DNA of 64,000 bases from Lentimicrobium sp. (GTDB lineage: Bacteria > Bacteroidota > Bacteroidia > Bacteroidales > Lentimicrobiaceae): assembly GCA_035297395.1 (NCBI GenBank), contig DATGZB010000004.1, positions 25,009 to 89,008 of the forward strand. The letters are read 5' to 3'. Below, one piece after another: positions 40,310-49,608 of the stretch (position 1 is its first letter; each line of letters starts with the position of its first letter). The notes under the pieces were generated by a model that was not told where the DNA came from, searched no databases, and saw only the letters and a list, made by a program, of their open reading frames with translations. Made by a program: the position numbers and the translations under genes.

Positions 40310-41089
40310 ATGAAACTCTTTTTCAGGAATTTTGGTTCGGGACGACCACTCATCATTCTCCATGGTTTATTAGGCATGTCGGATAATTGGGTGACACTTG
40401 GAAAAAAGCTTGCTGAAAATTATACGGTATATCTTCCTGATCTTAGAAACCATGGTCAGTCAACGCATAGCATGGAATTTAGCTATGAAGCAATGGCGAA
40501 TGACCTGTTGGAATTCATCCGGGATCATCAGATAGAGAACCCTGTTTTAGCAGGCCATTCAATGGGGGGAAAAGTTGCCATGCTTTTTGCCCTTAACCAT
40601 CCTGAGCTGATCATTGGGTTGATAGTTGTTGATATAAGCCCGGTGGCCTATGACAATCATGACTACCATTTTGATATTGTATCGGCAATGATGTCGGTAA
40701 ACATGAATGCGGTACACACCCGGGAAGAGGTTTCAGAGGTGCTTGAACGAAGTATTCCTGATGAGGTTACACGCTTATTTATAATGAAGAACCTTCACAG
40801 AAAAGCTGCCCATCAATTTGAATGGAGGATTAACCTGAACGCAATAAGTGAAAATCTTTCAAAGATGGTTGGAAGTACTGCCTCAGATAAAATCTTTAAC
40901 AAACCGGCAATCTTCATTCGTGGATCAGAGTCTGATTATATCCTTGAAGACCACATACCCCTGATAAAGAAAATGTTCCCAAGGGCAGAAGTAATTACAA
41001 TTAAGGGTGCAGGACACTGGATTCATGCCGAAAAGCCCCAGGAGACGTTGGAAGCATTTAGTTCTTTTTTACATCAGTTCCAAAGTTGA
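40310..41089 (+). CDS. Alpha/beta hydrolase (YbfF-like esterase)
   Basis: LHGLLG, DLRNHG, GHSMGG, GHWIHAE. Confidence 0.9.
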   Translation: MKLFFRNFGSGRPLIILHGLLGMSDNWVTLGKKLAENYTVYLPDLRNHGQSTHSMEFSYEAMANDLLEFIRDHQIENPVLAGHSMGGKVAMLFALNHPELIIGLIVVDISPVAYDNHDYHFDIVSAMMSVNMNAVHTREEVSEVLERSIPDEVTRLFIMKNLHRKAAHQFEWRINLNAISENLSKMVGSTASDKIFNKPAIFIRGSESDYILEDHIPLIKKMFPRAEVITIKGAGHWIHAEKPQETLEAFSSFLHQFQS

Positions 41090-41112
41090 ATCCCTCATTG
41101 AATCATAAAAGA

Positions 41113-41140
41113 TGAGGCATCCCTTTTTTGGAATGCCTCA
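41113..41140. terminator. Hairpin between convergent genes, probable terminator
   Basis: TGAGGCATCC...GGAATGCCTCA. Confidence 0.6.
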
Positions 41141-41166
41141 ACGTATTTCTTTTAGAGAATAGATGA

Positions 41167-42111
41167 TCAATATCGCGTAACTGCCAGACTGGATACTCCG
41201 GCATCAACGTCAATTATTATTCTTGAGGAGGCTGTATTATAATTATCCGTACGGAACTGACCTTTTGAGATCTTCTTGAATCCGGGGAAATTATGGCTTG
41301 TAAGAACTGTTTCAGTATTGATTTCAACACCGGCTGCTGTGGGAACTGCAATATCTATTGAGGCAGCTCCTGCTTCAATGTTAACTTTCGACATAGGGTT
41401 TTTATTTCCAAGTTTCAGGTTCATTGATGAAGCACCACCTTCCAATCCAAGTGTAGCTATATTAAAGTTGCTTAGGTCAAAGTCAATGCTTGCAGCACCG
41501 ACTTCAAATTTAAAATCCCACACCGGCTGCGGATTAAGATATAACTGAACCATATTGCCCCGGTTGTTAAGTTTTATATCCGAATCTTCAATACTCAAAT
41601 TAACAATTCTCCTGCCTTCTTCGTCGGTTGAGGTCATACTGTAATCGCCGATGTTTCCTCTCTTTTTAAATAAAATAAGCTTATCGGTAAGTAAAGAATC
41701 CGAAAGCTTGAAATCACCTGCTGCAGCATCGAAAGTCAGTGTAGCTTCTTTCATTGTTGAATCATAGGTCTGGAATAATTCCTGTACCTCGTTCGACCAG
41801 GCAGTGTCATTATCATTGTGATCCCATTTATATTCCCATTTGCTGTGATCCCTGTGCCATTTTCCAAAAGGTCTTTCATTCCTGTCGAATTGAGTAACAA
41901 GCACTACAGTGACTGCAATAGCCACAAGTGAAAGTATGAGTTTAATATATCCCTGAACGGGGATGAGCGATACACCCCATAGAATAAGGATCAATGGCCA
42001 CAGACGGACGATCGTCCACCAGTCAAAGAATATCAATCCCATATTTTTAAGGATGAAGAGGATGCCGATAATGACCAGCAGTATACCCCAAAATAGTTTC
42101 TTGTAGCTCAT
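41167..42111 (-). CDS. LiaF/DUF5668-like membrane protein with C-terminal beta-solenoid
   Basis: FWGILLVIIG...RLWPLILILWG transmembrane region; repeated (E/D)xGAxS units. Confidence 0.75.
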   Translation of the reverse strand: MSYKKLFWGILLVIIGILFILKNMGLIFFDWWTIVRLWPLILILWGVSLIPVQGYIKLILSLVAIAVTVVLVTQFDRNERPFGKWHRDHSKWEYKWDHNDNDTAWSNEVQELFQTYDSTMKEATLTFDAAAGDFKLSDSLLTDKLILFKKRGNIGDYSMTSTDEEGRRIVNLSIEDSDIKLNNRGNMVQLYLNPQPVWDFKFEVGAASIDFDLSNFNIATLGLEGGASSMNLKLGNKNPMSKVNIEAGAASIDIAVPTAAGVEINTETVLTSHNFPGFKKISKGQFRTDNYNTASSRIIIDVDAGVSSLAVTRY

Positions 42112-42114
42112 GGT

Positions 42115-42699
42115 TTATAAATTTAAATCGTTGTTGGTTGTATTTTCTTTATCTGTACGGGTGGTTTCATCCATCCTGATTTCGGTTTCATCAGATTTTT
42201 TTACCAGTGGGAATCCGCGGATGATCATGATGGCTCCGATCAAAACAAGCAGAAGCGGCCAGAAATCACCAAAGCTCAGTCTTGGGAAGAATCGCTCAAA
42301 TAAAAAGAATCCGCCAATAAGTATCAATACCAATCCGGCAATCAGGCCTCCGTCGAGTTTTCTCCCTTTTTCGACCGGAAATCCCGCCTCACCGGTTTTC
42401 ACAACAGGCGGAACACCTGCACTGTATCCCTCATAAGTTTCACCAACGCCGGTATCCGTTCCGGTTGGCGCAGCCGGTCGTGGGCTACTGGTACTGTAAG
42501 GATTATAAACATTATATCTTTCGGGAACTACGATCCAGAGTACTATATAAATCAGTAAACCGCCGCCTCCCATTACAGTGAGGAGAATGAAAATGATCCG
42601 GATAATAGTTGGGTCCATTCCAAAAAATTCTGCTAACCCTCCGGCTACTCCTCCGATAACTTTACCGTTCATTACACGGTATAATCTGTTCTCTTTCAT
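42115..42699 (-). CDS. PspC domain protein with LiaI/DUF5668-like transmembrane tail
   Basis: RLYR...IGGVAGGLAEFFGMDPTIIRI...YIVLWIVVP. Confidence 0.88.
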   Translation of the reverse strand: MKENRLYRVMNGKVIGGVAGGLAEFFGMDPTIIRIIFILLTVMGGGGLLIYIVLWIVVPERYNVYNPYSTSSPRPAAPTGTDTGVGETYEGYSAGVPPVVKTGEAGFPVEKGRKLDGGLIAGLVLILIGGFFLFERFFPRLSFGDFWPLLLVLIGAIMIIRGFPLVKKSDETEIRMDETTRTDKENTTNNDLNL

Positions 42700-42761
42700 G
42701 ACTTAATTGTTTTATCACTTCGTTTGACGCAGAAGTGTCAATCAGGTTACAAAAGAGAAAA

Positions 42762-43595
42762 TCAAGCTGCTTCTTTATAGGTACGACCTGCAATCCAGAT
42801 ACTTAATTCGTACAGGCCAAATAACGGTATGCTTACCAGAATCTGGCTAATCACATCGGGCGGGGTGATGATTGCGGCCAAAGTGATAATGACCACTATC
42901 ATATATTTTCGGATTTTCTTTAAGAATGCAGGTGTTACAATACCAATTTTGGCAAGGAAATATACAAGCACCGGAAGTTCAAAGATGATTCCCATCCAAA
43001 GAGTGACAGATAAGAATGTGCTGATATAGGAAGCCAGGGAAATTTGGTTGGCTATACTGGCACTAACATGGTAACTTCCAAAGAAATTTATTGTAAGCGG
43101 TACAATGAGGAAATAACTGAAAAGCACCCCTGTAATGAAAAGCAGTGACATCACTAAAACTGCTCCTTTTGAATGCTGGCGTTCTTTCTCATAGAGAGCC
43201 GGCTTCAGGAATCTCCAGAATTCCCATATTATATAAGGTATCGCGAGCACGAGCGCTACAAAGAAACTGATGGCCATGTGTGTTGTAAATTGACCTGATA
43301 AATTCAGGTTTACAATATCAAGCTTAAAGTCGCCAAGGCACATACCTTCAATTTTTAACCACTCACCTAATTGGCAAAGCATCCTGTTGGTAAAAAATGT
43401 TGGTTCTTTAGGAGCCAGGATTATGTCATCGAAGATCAAAGTACGGTTGATGAATGCTGCAATGAAGAAAACCACGATTGCAATGGCTGACCTGAACAGA
43501 TGTCCGCGCAAGGCATCCAGGTGATCCCAGAACGACATCTCAGCAGTTTCCTGTTGTTGATTTTTATTTTTCTTACTGGTTACAGTTTCAGCCAT
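42762..43595 (-). CDS. tatC: Twin-arginine translocase subunit TatC
   Basis: EMSFWDHLDALR, FLKPALY, FELP, ITPPD, LYELS. Confidence 0.95.
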   Translation of the reverse strand: MAETVTSKKNKNQQQETAEMSFWDHLDALRGHLFRSAIAIVVFFIAAFINRTLIFDDIILAPKEPTFFTNRMLCQLGEWLKIEGMCLGDFKLDIVNLNLSGQFTTHMAISFFVALVLAIPYIIWEFWRFLKPALYEKERQHSKGAVLVMSLLFITGVLFSYFLIVPLTINFFGSYHVSASIANQISLASYISTFLSVTLWMGIIFELPVLVYFLAKIGIVTPAFLKKIRKYMIVVIITLAAIITPPDVISQILVSIPLFGLYELSIWIAGRTYKEAA

Positions 43596-43705
43596 ACAGA
43601 TGAAAGAAAAGCAAAATTAAGTATTATTCTGTTCTGACGTCAGGATGTCAACTACAGTGCTTTGTTATTTAATGCGCATGCACAGTTTTAAAAGCAGAGG
43701 CACCT

Positions 43706-44293
43706 TTAACGGAGATCCTTCCTGTTGTTGATATTCATAAAAATATCCTTGTTATCCTTTAACGAAAATTCTTCAAAAGGGATATATTTTACGGGAAAAA
43801 GGTCAAAGATTCGGGTCATTTTGAATTCGTTTCTGCTGATCAAACCTTCAATCACGGAAATCACATTAAGTGGATAAACAGCTATTAATGGTTCGGGAAG
43901 AGGAGTAAGTGGAACGATACATTTGCCAGGATTTTCTTTTGCTGCCTCAATTAAAGTAGCAATCACTTCAACGGGGATTTCCGGAACATCGCAAGGCAAG
44001 CAAATATTAATTTCAGTTGTACTCTTTCTTAAACAGGAGTACAGTCCGGCCATCGGACCATAGTTATTAAATTCATCGGTTACTCTTTCCAGTCCTAAAT
44101 GATCGTAAACAACAATTGAAGCGCTTAAGAGAATTCTCTTGCAAAAAGGCGAAAGCAGGTTAATGCTGTATGTAATCAATGGTTTACCTCTGTAAAGGAC
44201 CAGTCCTTTATCCATGCCCATCCTGCTGCTTTTACCACCGGCAAGGATGATACCGGTGTATTCAGTTTGTGGATAGTCTTTTGAGGTCTTCAT
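43706..44293 (-). CDS. mobA: Molybdenum cofactor guanylyltransferase-like NTP transferase
   Basis: ILAGGKSSRMGMDKG, GPMAGL, PCDVP, EPL, NIN. Confidence 0.8.
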   Translation of the reverse strand: MKTSKDYPQTEYTGIILAGGKSSRMGMDKGLVLYRGKPLITYSINLLSPFCKRILLSASIVVYDHLGLERVTDEFNNYGPMAGLYSCLRKSTTEINICLPCDVPEIPVEVIATLIEAAKENPGKCIVPLTPLPEPLIAVYPLNVISVIEGLISRNEFKMTRIFDLFPVKYIPFEEFSLKDNKDIFMNINNRKDLR

Positions 44294-44359
44294 TTACAGA
44301 GTTTTGTCTTTTATAAGTGGACATCTTGACTGTTATTTATGATAACAGGCATTTGTTAT

Positions 44360-45553
44360 TTATTCTTTTGGAACCAAAAGGCAACCATCACCATAACTCA
44401 GGAAACGGTAATTATTGTTGAGTGCATGGTCGTAAACTTTCTTCCAGTTTTCACCTATAAACGCTGAAACCAGCAATAAAAGCGTACTTTGTGGCTGATG
44501 GAAATTGGTAACCAATGCTTTACATATCCTGAATTCATATCCGGGGACGATCATGATGCGGGTATCGCCCGAGATCTCCTGTAAGTGGTTTTTCTTCATG
44601 TAATCATAAACCGCTGTCAATGCATCGGCTGTATGAATTTTATCCTCTTTATTATATGGTTCCCATTGGTCAATATAAAATGACCCTGAATTCAGACTTT
44701 TCTCTCTGCCGGTTATAATCTGGTGGCCTAACCAGTAAAGGCTTTCAAGGGTACGCATCGATGTTGTGCCCACTGGAATAATGTCTTTGTCCAGATTATC
44801 AATTAACCTTAATACCGTATCTCTGTGAATGATGATCTTCTCTTCGTGCATCTGATGCTCCGCTGCATTTCCTGACGAGACCGGCTTAAAGGTACCGGCA
44901 CCTACATGCAGAGTCACATAATCAATGGTACAACTCTTATTTTCAAGCTTTCCGAAGATATGGTCTGTAAAGTGAAGTCCTGCTGTGGGTGCAGCAACTG
45001 ATCCGTCATATTTTGCATAGATCGTCTGGTATCTGCCGCGATCCTGTTCAACCGGCTCTCTGTTGAGGTATGGCGGTAGCGGTACTTTGCCATATAATTC
45101 AAGTATATCCTCAAATATCTTTGTTTTATCATGCCAGGTAAATAAAACTATATAAGAATCGTCGGTTGACATTTCTTTTTTGGCGGTGAGGGCAGGATAC
45201 CCTTCAAAGTGCAGAAACAGGTCGTCTTTCTTCCATTTTTTAGCATTCCCGACATAGCATTTCCATCTTGCAAATCCTTCACCCGACTCAAGTTCATTCA
45301 GGCAAAACACCTCAATGCGTGCCCCGCCTTCCTTGTGGAAGACTAGCCTTGCCTTAATTACCCTGGTATCATTGAATATTAATAAACTGCCTTCAGGAAT
45401 GAAATCTTCAATCGCATTAAAATAGCTATCGGTGATATTACCCCCCCGGAACACCAGCAATTTAGTCTCATCCCTTTGCTCAAGCGGAAACCTGGCAATC
45501 CGGTTTTCAGGAAGATCGTAATTATAGTTGCTTATCGGGATGTTATGGATCAT
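44360..45553 (-). CDS. queA: S-adenosylmethionine:tRNA ribosyltransferase-isomerase
   Basis: FNDTRVI, PLPPY, YQTIYA, AAPTAGLHF, LHVGAGTF, VGTTS, TNFHQP, FLSYGD; TATTTTTG at 45572-45579. Confidence 0.95.
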   Translation of the reverse strand: MIHNIPISNYNYDLPENRIARFPLEQRDETKLLVFRGGNITDSYFNAIEDFIPEGSLLIFNDTRVIKARLVFHKEGGARIEVFCLNELESGEGFARWKCYVGNAKKWKKDDLFLHFEGYPALTAKKEMSTDDSYIVLFTWHDKTKIFEDILELYGKVPLPPYLNREPVEQDRGRYQTIYAKYDGSVAAPTAGLHFTDHIFGKLENKSCTIDYVTLHVGAGTFKPVSSGNAAEHQMHEEKIIIHRDTVLRLIDNLDKDIIPVGTTSMRTLESLYWLGHQIITGREKSLNSGSFYIDQWEPYNKEDKIHTADALTAVYDYMKKNHLQEISGDTRIMIVPGYEFRICKALVTNFHQPQSTLLLLVSAFIGENWKKVYDHALNNNYRFLSYGDGCLLVPKE

Positions 45554-45594
45554 CAGTTAGTTATTGTGTTGCAAAAATAGGCATCCCATGGTTA

Positions 45595-45664
45595 AAAAGG
45601 CAAAAGGCGAAAGGCAAAAACTCAAAGGCAAAAGTTGTAGTTATGAGTTGTGAGTTGTGAGCCT
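45595..45664 (+). repeat. Compound heptamer array (AAAAGGC-type then TGAGTTG-type), 10 units in phase
   Basis: aaaaggc aaaaggc gaaaggc aaaaact caaaggc aaaagtt gtagtta tgagttg tgagttg tgagcct. Confidence 0.85.
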
Positions 45665-45726
45665 GCGACAAGCGCCATCCTTTTTTGCCCAGCCTTACGC
45701 TCCCAGCCCCAGCTTTTACTCCAAGC

Positions 45727-45776
45727 GAAAAACAAAGAAAAACAAGAAGAAACAAAGAGAAACAAGGAAAAACAAG
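45727..45776 (+). repeat. 10-mer array (AACAARRRRA) x5
   Basis: aacaaagaaa aacaagaaga aacaaagaga aacaaggaaa aacaag. Confidence 0.85.
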
Positions 45777-45785
45777 TCTTTGCCT

Positions 45786-46034
45786 TTACTTAAACAGGTC
45801 ATTCAGGTCGATCTGCTTCTCATAAATGTGAAGCACATCCTCTTGCTCAATGAGTTGAATGCGGTCAATACGGTTGGTGACCTGCTGGTACCAGATTTCG
45901 ATGAATAAGCCCTTGAATGCGTATAATTTAACGAGGTAGTACATATAAATCCTGTCGAGTACTTCTTCCCCTTCTGAAAGGACAAGATTGACTTTCTTTT
46001 CAATGGGAAGCTCGGCGAATTCCCTTGGTGTCAT
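45786..46034 (-). CDS. Small hypothetical protein
   Basis: 82 aa, ATG start, plausible globular composition (LY...FIEIWY...NRIDRI). Confidence 0.7.
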   Translation of the reverse strand: MTPREFAELPIEKKVNLVLSEGEEVLDRIYMYYLVKLYAFKGLFIEIWYQQVTNRIDRIQLIEQEDVLHIYEKQIDLNDLFK

Positions 46035-46103
46035 TTTTTAATTCGATAAGTTGATATTTCCGGCTGATACGCTTTCTGGCAAAAATACTTACTTTAATCA
46101 ATA

Positions 46104-46850
46104 TTAGGTGTTCGCAAGTTGAAATAGCGCACGTTCAATCTCAACCTCGTATTTTTCTTTTAAAAACTTAAGATTATCAAGCGTAGCCTTCTGATCATAG
46201 ATCCTCACCAGCTCAAAAATGCCATCCGGACTATAGTACCCTGCTTGTGCAGCATCGTACACTTTATGGTTATTATTGTTACGGATAGCATGGGTTATCG
46301 ATTCGAATTTATTCCAGTTCACATAATTCTTTACCCTGAAATAATAGGTGTCAGGTAATTCGGTATCCTTGAAGATCGTTGGAACTATCTCTTCAAGCAC
46401 CATGAATTTCCATATCTGAATAAGGCTGCTGTATGGCTTAATATTTTTAGCAGATGTAAAAACAGTACCATTTCTCTTATACATCTCAATTAACTGAGGG
46501 AGTGCGGAATAGTCATCCATATAGATTCTGAGGGCAGTAACCATTTCATTCTGAAAGGTCAGCCTTGCCATAACTGCATCAAATTTATAAGTAAAGGTTT
46601 TCTTGATATTTCTGGTCATCCTGATGAAATCATTCATCTGTTCAAATGACAATTCCTTTGTAATAGCGAATATAGATCTTGGTTTCTTCTCTTTTTCATT
46701 TAGGGGGATGTGGAAATGATCATAAAAACCAGGATAAGGATCCAGGTCTTCAAGGATCAGTTCATTAAATTTGTGTTCAGCGGCCAGTAGTGCAAGTGTC
46801 TCCTTTTTTACCACAAAGCCCAGTGATTCAATCATTTTAGGATTTTCCAT
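46104..46850 (-). CDS. Hypothetical protein with apparent internal duplication
   Basis: 248-aa ORF; FDA...RIY and YDA...RIY segments. Confidence 0.75.
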   Translation of the reverse strand: MENPKMIESLGFVVKKETLALLAAEHKFNELILEDLDPYPGFYDHFHIPLNEKEKKPRSIFAITKELSFEQMNDFIRMTRNIKKTFTYKFDAVMARLTFQNEMVTALRIYMDDYSALPQLIEMYKRNGTVFTSAKNIKPYSSLIQIWKFMVLEEIVPTIFKDTELPDTYYFRVKNYVNWNKFESITHAIRNNNNHKVYDAAQAGYYSPDGIFELVRIYDQKATLDNLKFLKEKYEVEIERALFQLANT

Positions 46851-46936
46851 GATTTATACATTTTATGTGACCACATTTAAGATTACTCTAACAAGAAAAA
46901 CAGCCAAATGTTAAACAAACCATTTATTTTCCAATT

Positions 46937-47131
46937 CTGGTTTTTCTTGGTTTTATTGTTTTGCTAGTTTTTCCTGGTTTTCCCTGGTTTTACTTGTTCA
47001 AAAAGAAACAAAGAAAACAAATGAGAAACTAAGAGAAACAAGGATAAACAAGGATAAACAAGGAGAAACAAGGAGAAACAAAGAAAAACAAAGAAAAACC
47101 AAGAGAAACAAAGAAAAACAAGGTGAAACAA
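46937..47131. repeat. Inverted pair of 10-mer arrays: about 6 T-rich units then 13 A-rich units
   Basis: 47001-47131 has a 10-bp period (aggagaaaca/aagaaaaaca). 46937-46998 is the reverse-complement type (ttcctggttt). Confidence 0.9.
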
Positions 47132-47221
47132 TTTATGAACATGCTGAGGTTGAATAAAAATCGGATATTTTTCTGAAGCTCCTCAATTAAGATTTATCTT
47201 TGGTCAAATATAACGCCAGGC

Positions 47222-47935
47222 ATGGATTTCCGGATTCACATTCCCAATACATTTACGATATTAAACTTACTTGCAGGCTCTTTATCCCTGCTGCTGCTAT
47301 TTAAAGGAGCCTATACTGAAGCTGCCGTATTGATCCTTATTGCATCAGTATTTGATTTCCTTGACGGATTCAGCGCTAAAATGCTTAATGCAAAATCATT
47401 GATCGGAAAAGAACTAGACTCACTTGCCGATGTTGTTTCATTTGGATTGGTGCCAGCTGTTTTCCTCTATGTCCTGATGAGCAGGCATCCGTTGACCAGC
47501 GAAGATCCATACAGCATTTTTCCGTATTTTGCCTTGCTTATCGGGGCCTTTTCAGCACTAAGGCTTGCGAAGTTTAACCTGGATACGAGACAGTCAGTTT
47601 CATTCATTGGACTACCAACACCTGCGAACGCGATCCTTATCATAGCCCTTGCCATGATACCGCTTAGCGGAGAAAATATTATTCCGGCAGTTACTTCTGT
47701 TGCTTCAAATTTATGGTTTCAATTAGCGTTAATTCCAATTTCATCGTATCTGCTTGTTTCTGACCTCCCTATGTTTTCTCTGAAATTTTCAAGAGGATAT
47801 AAATTCACTAATAACAAACTTAAATATACATTTATTGTTTTCATAATTGTAGCAACAGCATTATTCCATTGGACAGGAATCGCAATTTCGATGGTGGTTT
47901 ATGTATTAACATGTTTATTTTCAAGAAAACAGTAA
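47222..47935 (+). CDS. pssA: CDP-diacylglycerol--serine O-phosphatidyltransferase
   Basis: IPN.FT, DFLDG..A......S.IGKELDSLADVVSFG, LRLAKFN, FIGLPTPA; TATCTTTG at 47195. Confidence 0.88.
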   Translation: MDFRIHIPNTFTILNLLAGSLSLLLLFKGAYTEAAVLILIASVFDFLDGFSAKMLNAKSLIGKELDSLADVVSFGLVPAVFLYVLMSRHPLTSEDPYSIFPYFALLIGAFSALRLAKFNLDTRQSVSFIGLPTPANAILIIALAMIPLSGENIIPAVTSVASNLWFQLALIPISSYLLVSDLPMFSLKFSRGYKFTNNKLKYTFIVFIIVATALFHWTGIAISMVVYVLTCLFSRKQ

Positions 47936-48036
47936 TTTTTTTTTACTTTTTGAAGTACTTATAGAATAAATTATATTTTTGCGGAGTACACTACACTAAA
48001 CCGGGTATTAACTAAATAATTGCACGCAAAACAGTA

Positions 48037-49401
48037 ATGAAGCTCCTTTACAGGTTTGTTCTTATAACTCTCTTCTTCTTCGGATTTTCAGCTTATGAAT
48101 CCCGTATTACCAGTGCTACTCTAAATGAGAGTGAAATACTTACCAATAATGAGCTTAATGATCTTACCCGTCTGATTGCTGATGAGGTAATCCTTAAAAT
48201 TGATTCCCTGGTCAACAAATTTTCCTCTCGTTACAGGTTCAGCGGTAATATTATGGTTGCTTATGGTGGAAGTGAGATATACAGTAAATCAGTTGGTTAT
48301 GCTGATCCACTGAAGAAGGAACCTGCTAAACCTGAAACGATATTCCAGTTGGCCTCTGTTAGCAAACAATTTACGGCAGCTGCAATCATGCTTCTCCAGT
48401 CTGACGGGCGTTTGGATATTAATGACTCCCTTTCAAAATATATTCCTGAACTACCCTATAAAGGGGTTCTAATTAACCATCTGTTGCATCATATTTCGGG
48501 AATGCCAAATTATATGTATCTGATTGATAAATACTGGCATAATGAGCAACCTCCCGATAATGAAGATGCAATCGACCTGATGGCAAAATACAAGATACCG
48601 CTATTCTTTAAACCCGGCAGCAGATATGATTATTCCAACACCGGTTATGTGCTTCTGGCAACGATAGTTCAAAGGATTACAGGACTTTCACTCAATGATT
48701 TCCTCCAGAAAAGGATTTTCCAGCCATTGGGCATGAAAAGTACATTTGTTTACAGTTCATCTGATTCGACCAGCAAACGCCTGCAAGCTGATGGTTTCAG
48801 GGCAACCAAGAGAGGATATGTGAGGATCAGGGATTCGCATCACGATGGTATCGTCGGTGATAAAGGTGTGTGCTCAACTACTGCAGATTTGCTCAAATGG
48901 GATAATGCCCTTTACGAAACATCACTTTTCAATGATGATCTGAAAGCCCTTGTTTTCTCACCCGCTGTGACTTCAGCCGGAAAAGAAATTCCTTATGGCT
49001 GTGGGTTCAGGCTCAAGGATTGTAATGGCTGCAAGGTTGTTTACCATAATGGGATTTGGGAAGGCTCACGTACCAATTTCCATCGTTTTATTGACAGCCG
49101 TAATACAATAATAGTACTTAACAATACAAGCATCTCTTCCAACCATGAGCTTGTAAGGCTTATTGAGGCTACACTCAATAATGAAACCAACCTTGAAGTA
49201 ACTTCCAAAATAACAAAACTTTTGATCAACGAAGGCTTCCAATCAGCCTATGATTACTATTGCGAGATACAGGAAACGAATCCATTCGCCCGCCCCGATA
49301 TACGCAAGTTAATGCAGGCTATTGAATATCTTGAGAAAATTGGTAAGGAAACCAAGGCCGAAGAATTTAAGAAACTCTGCCAGTCTATGGTAAGTGTTTG
49401 A
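48037..49401 (+). CDS. Serine hydrolase, beta-lactamase/AmpC-like family
   Basis: LASVSKQFT (SxxK), YSNTGY, YHNG; signal peptide. Confidence 0.88.
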   Translation: MKLLYRFVLITLFFFGFSAYESRITSATLNESEILTNNELNDLTRLIADEVILKIDSLVNKFSSRYRFSGNIMVAYGGSEIYSKSVGYADPLKKEPAKPETIFQLASVSKQFTAAAIMLLQSDGRLDINDSLSKYIPELPYKGVLINHLLHHISGMPNYMYLIDKYWHNEQPPDNEDAIDLMAKYKIPLFFKPGSRYDYSNTGYVLLATIVQRITGLSLNDFLQKRIFQPLGMKSTFVYSSSDSTSKRLQADGFRATKRGYVRIRDSHHDGIVGDKGVCSTTADLLKWDNALYETSLFNDDLKALVFSPAVTSAGKEIPYGCGFRLKDCNGCKVVYHNGIWEGSRTNFHRFIDSRNTIIVLNNTSISSNHELVRLIEATLNNETNLEVTSKITKLLINEGFQSAYDYYCEIQETNPFARPDIRKLMQAIEYLEKIGKETKAEEFKKLCQSMVSV

Positions 49402-49608
49402 TGGAAAATATTCCCTGACCACCCAAATACTAGTTTTCTGATAAAAGTAACTTAATCTTCATTTTAAAAGTGTCCTCTTTTGACAGCTGATTGTTCATAT
49501 GCGAACAGTAATATGTGTGACAACTTTCTATAAGCAGTTGAATATCAGTCATAAATAAATCGGAACATTTTTTGGTAAGAAACTTACATCCACACAAACA
49601 TCCGATAA

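Noticed and set aside
45561..45908. 64-aa and 83-aa ORFs
   Set aside because: Low-complexity translations of 7-mer and 10-mer arrays; one overlaps a better ORF.
48037..49401. Antibiotic-resistance beta-lactamase
   Set aside because: Generic serine hydrolase motifs only, no KTG triad and no mobile context.
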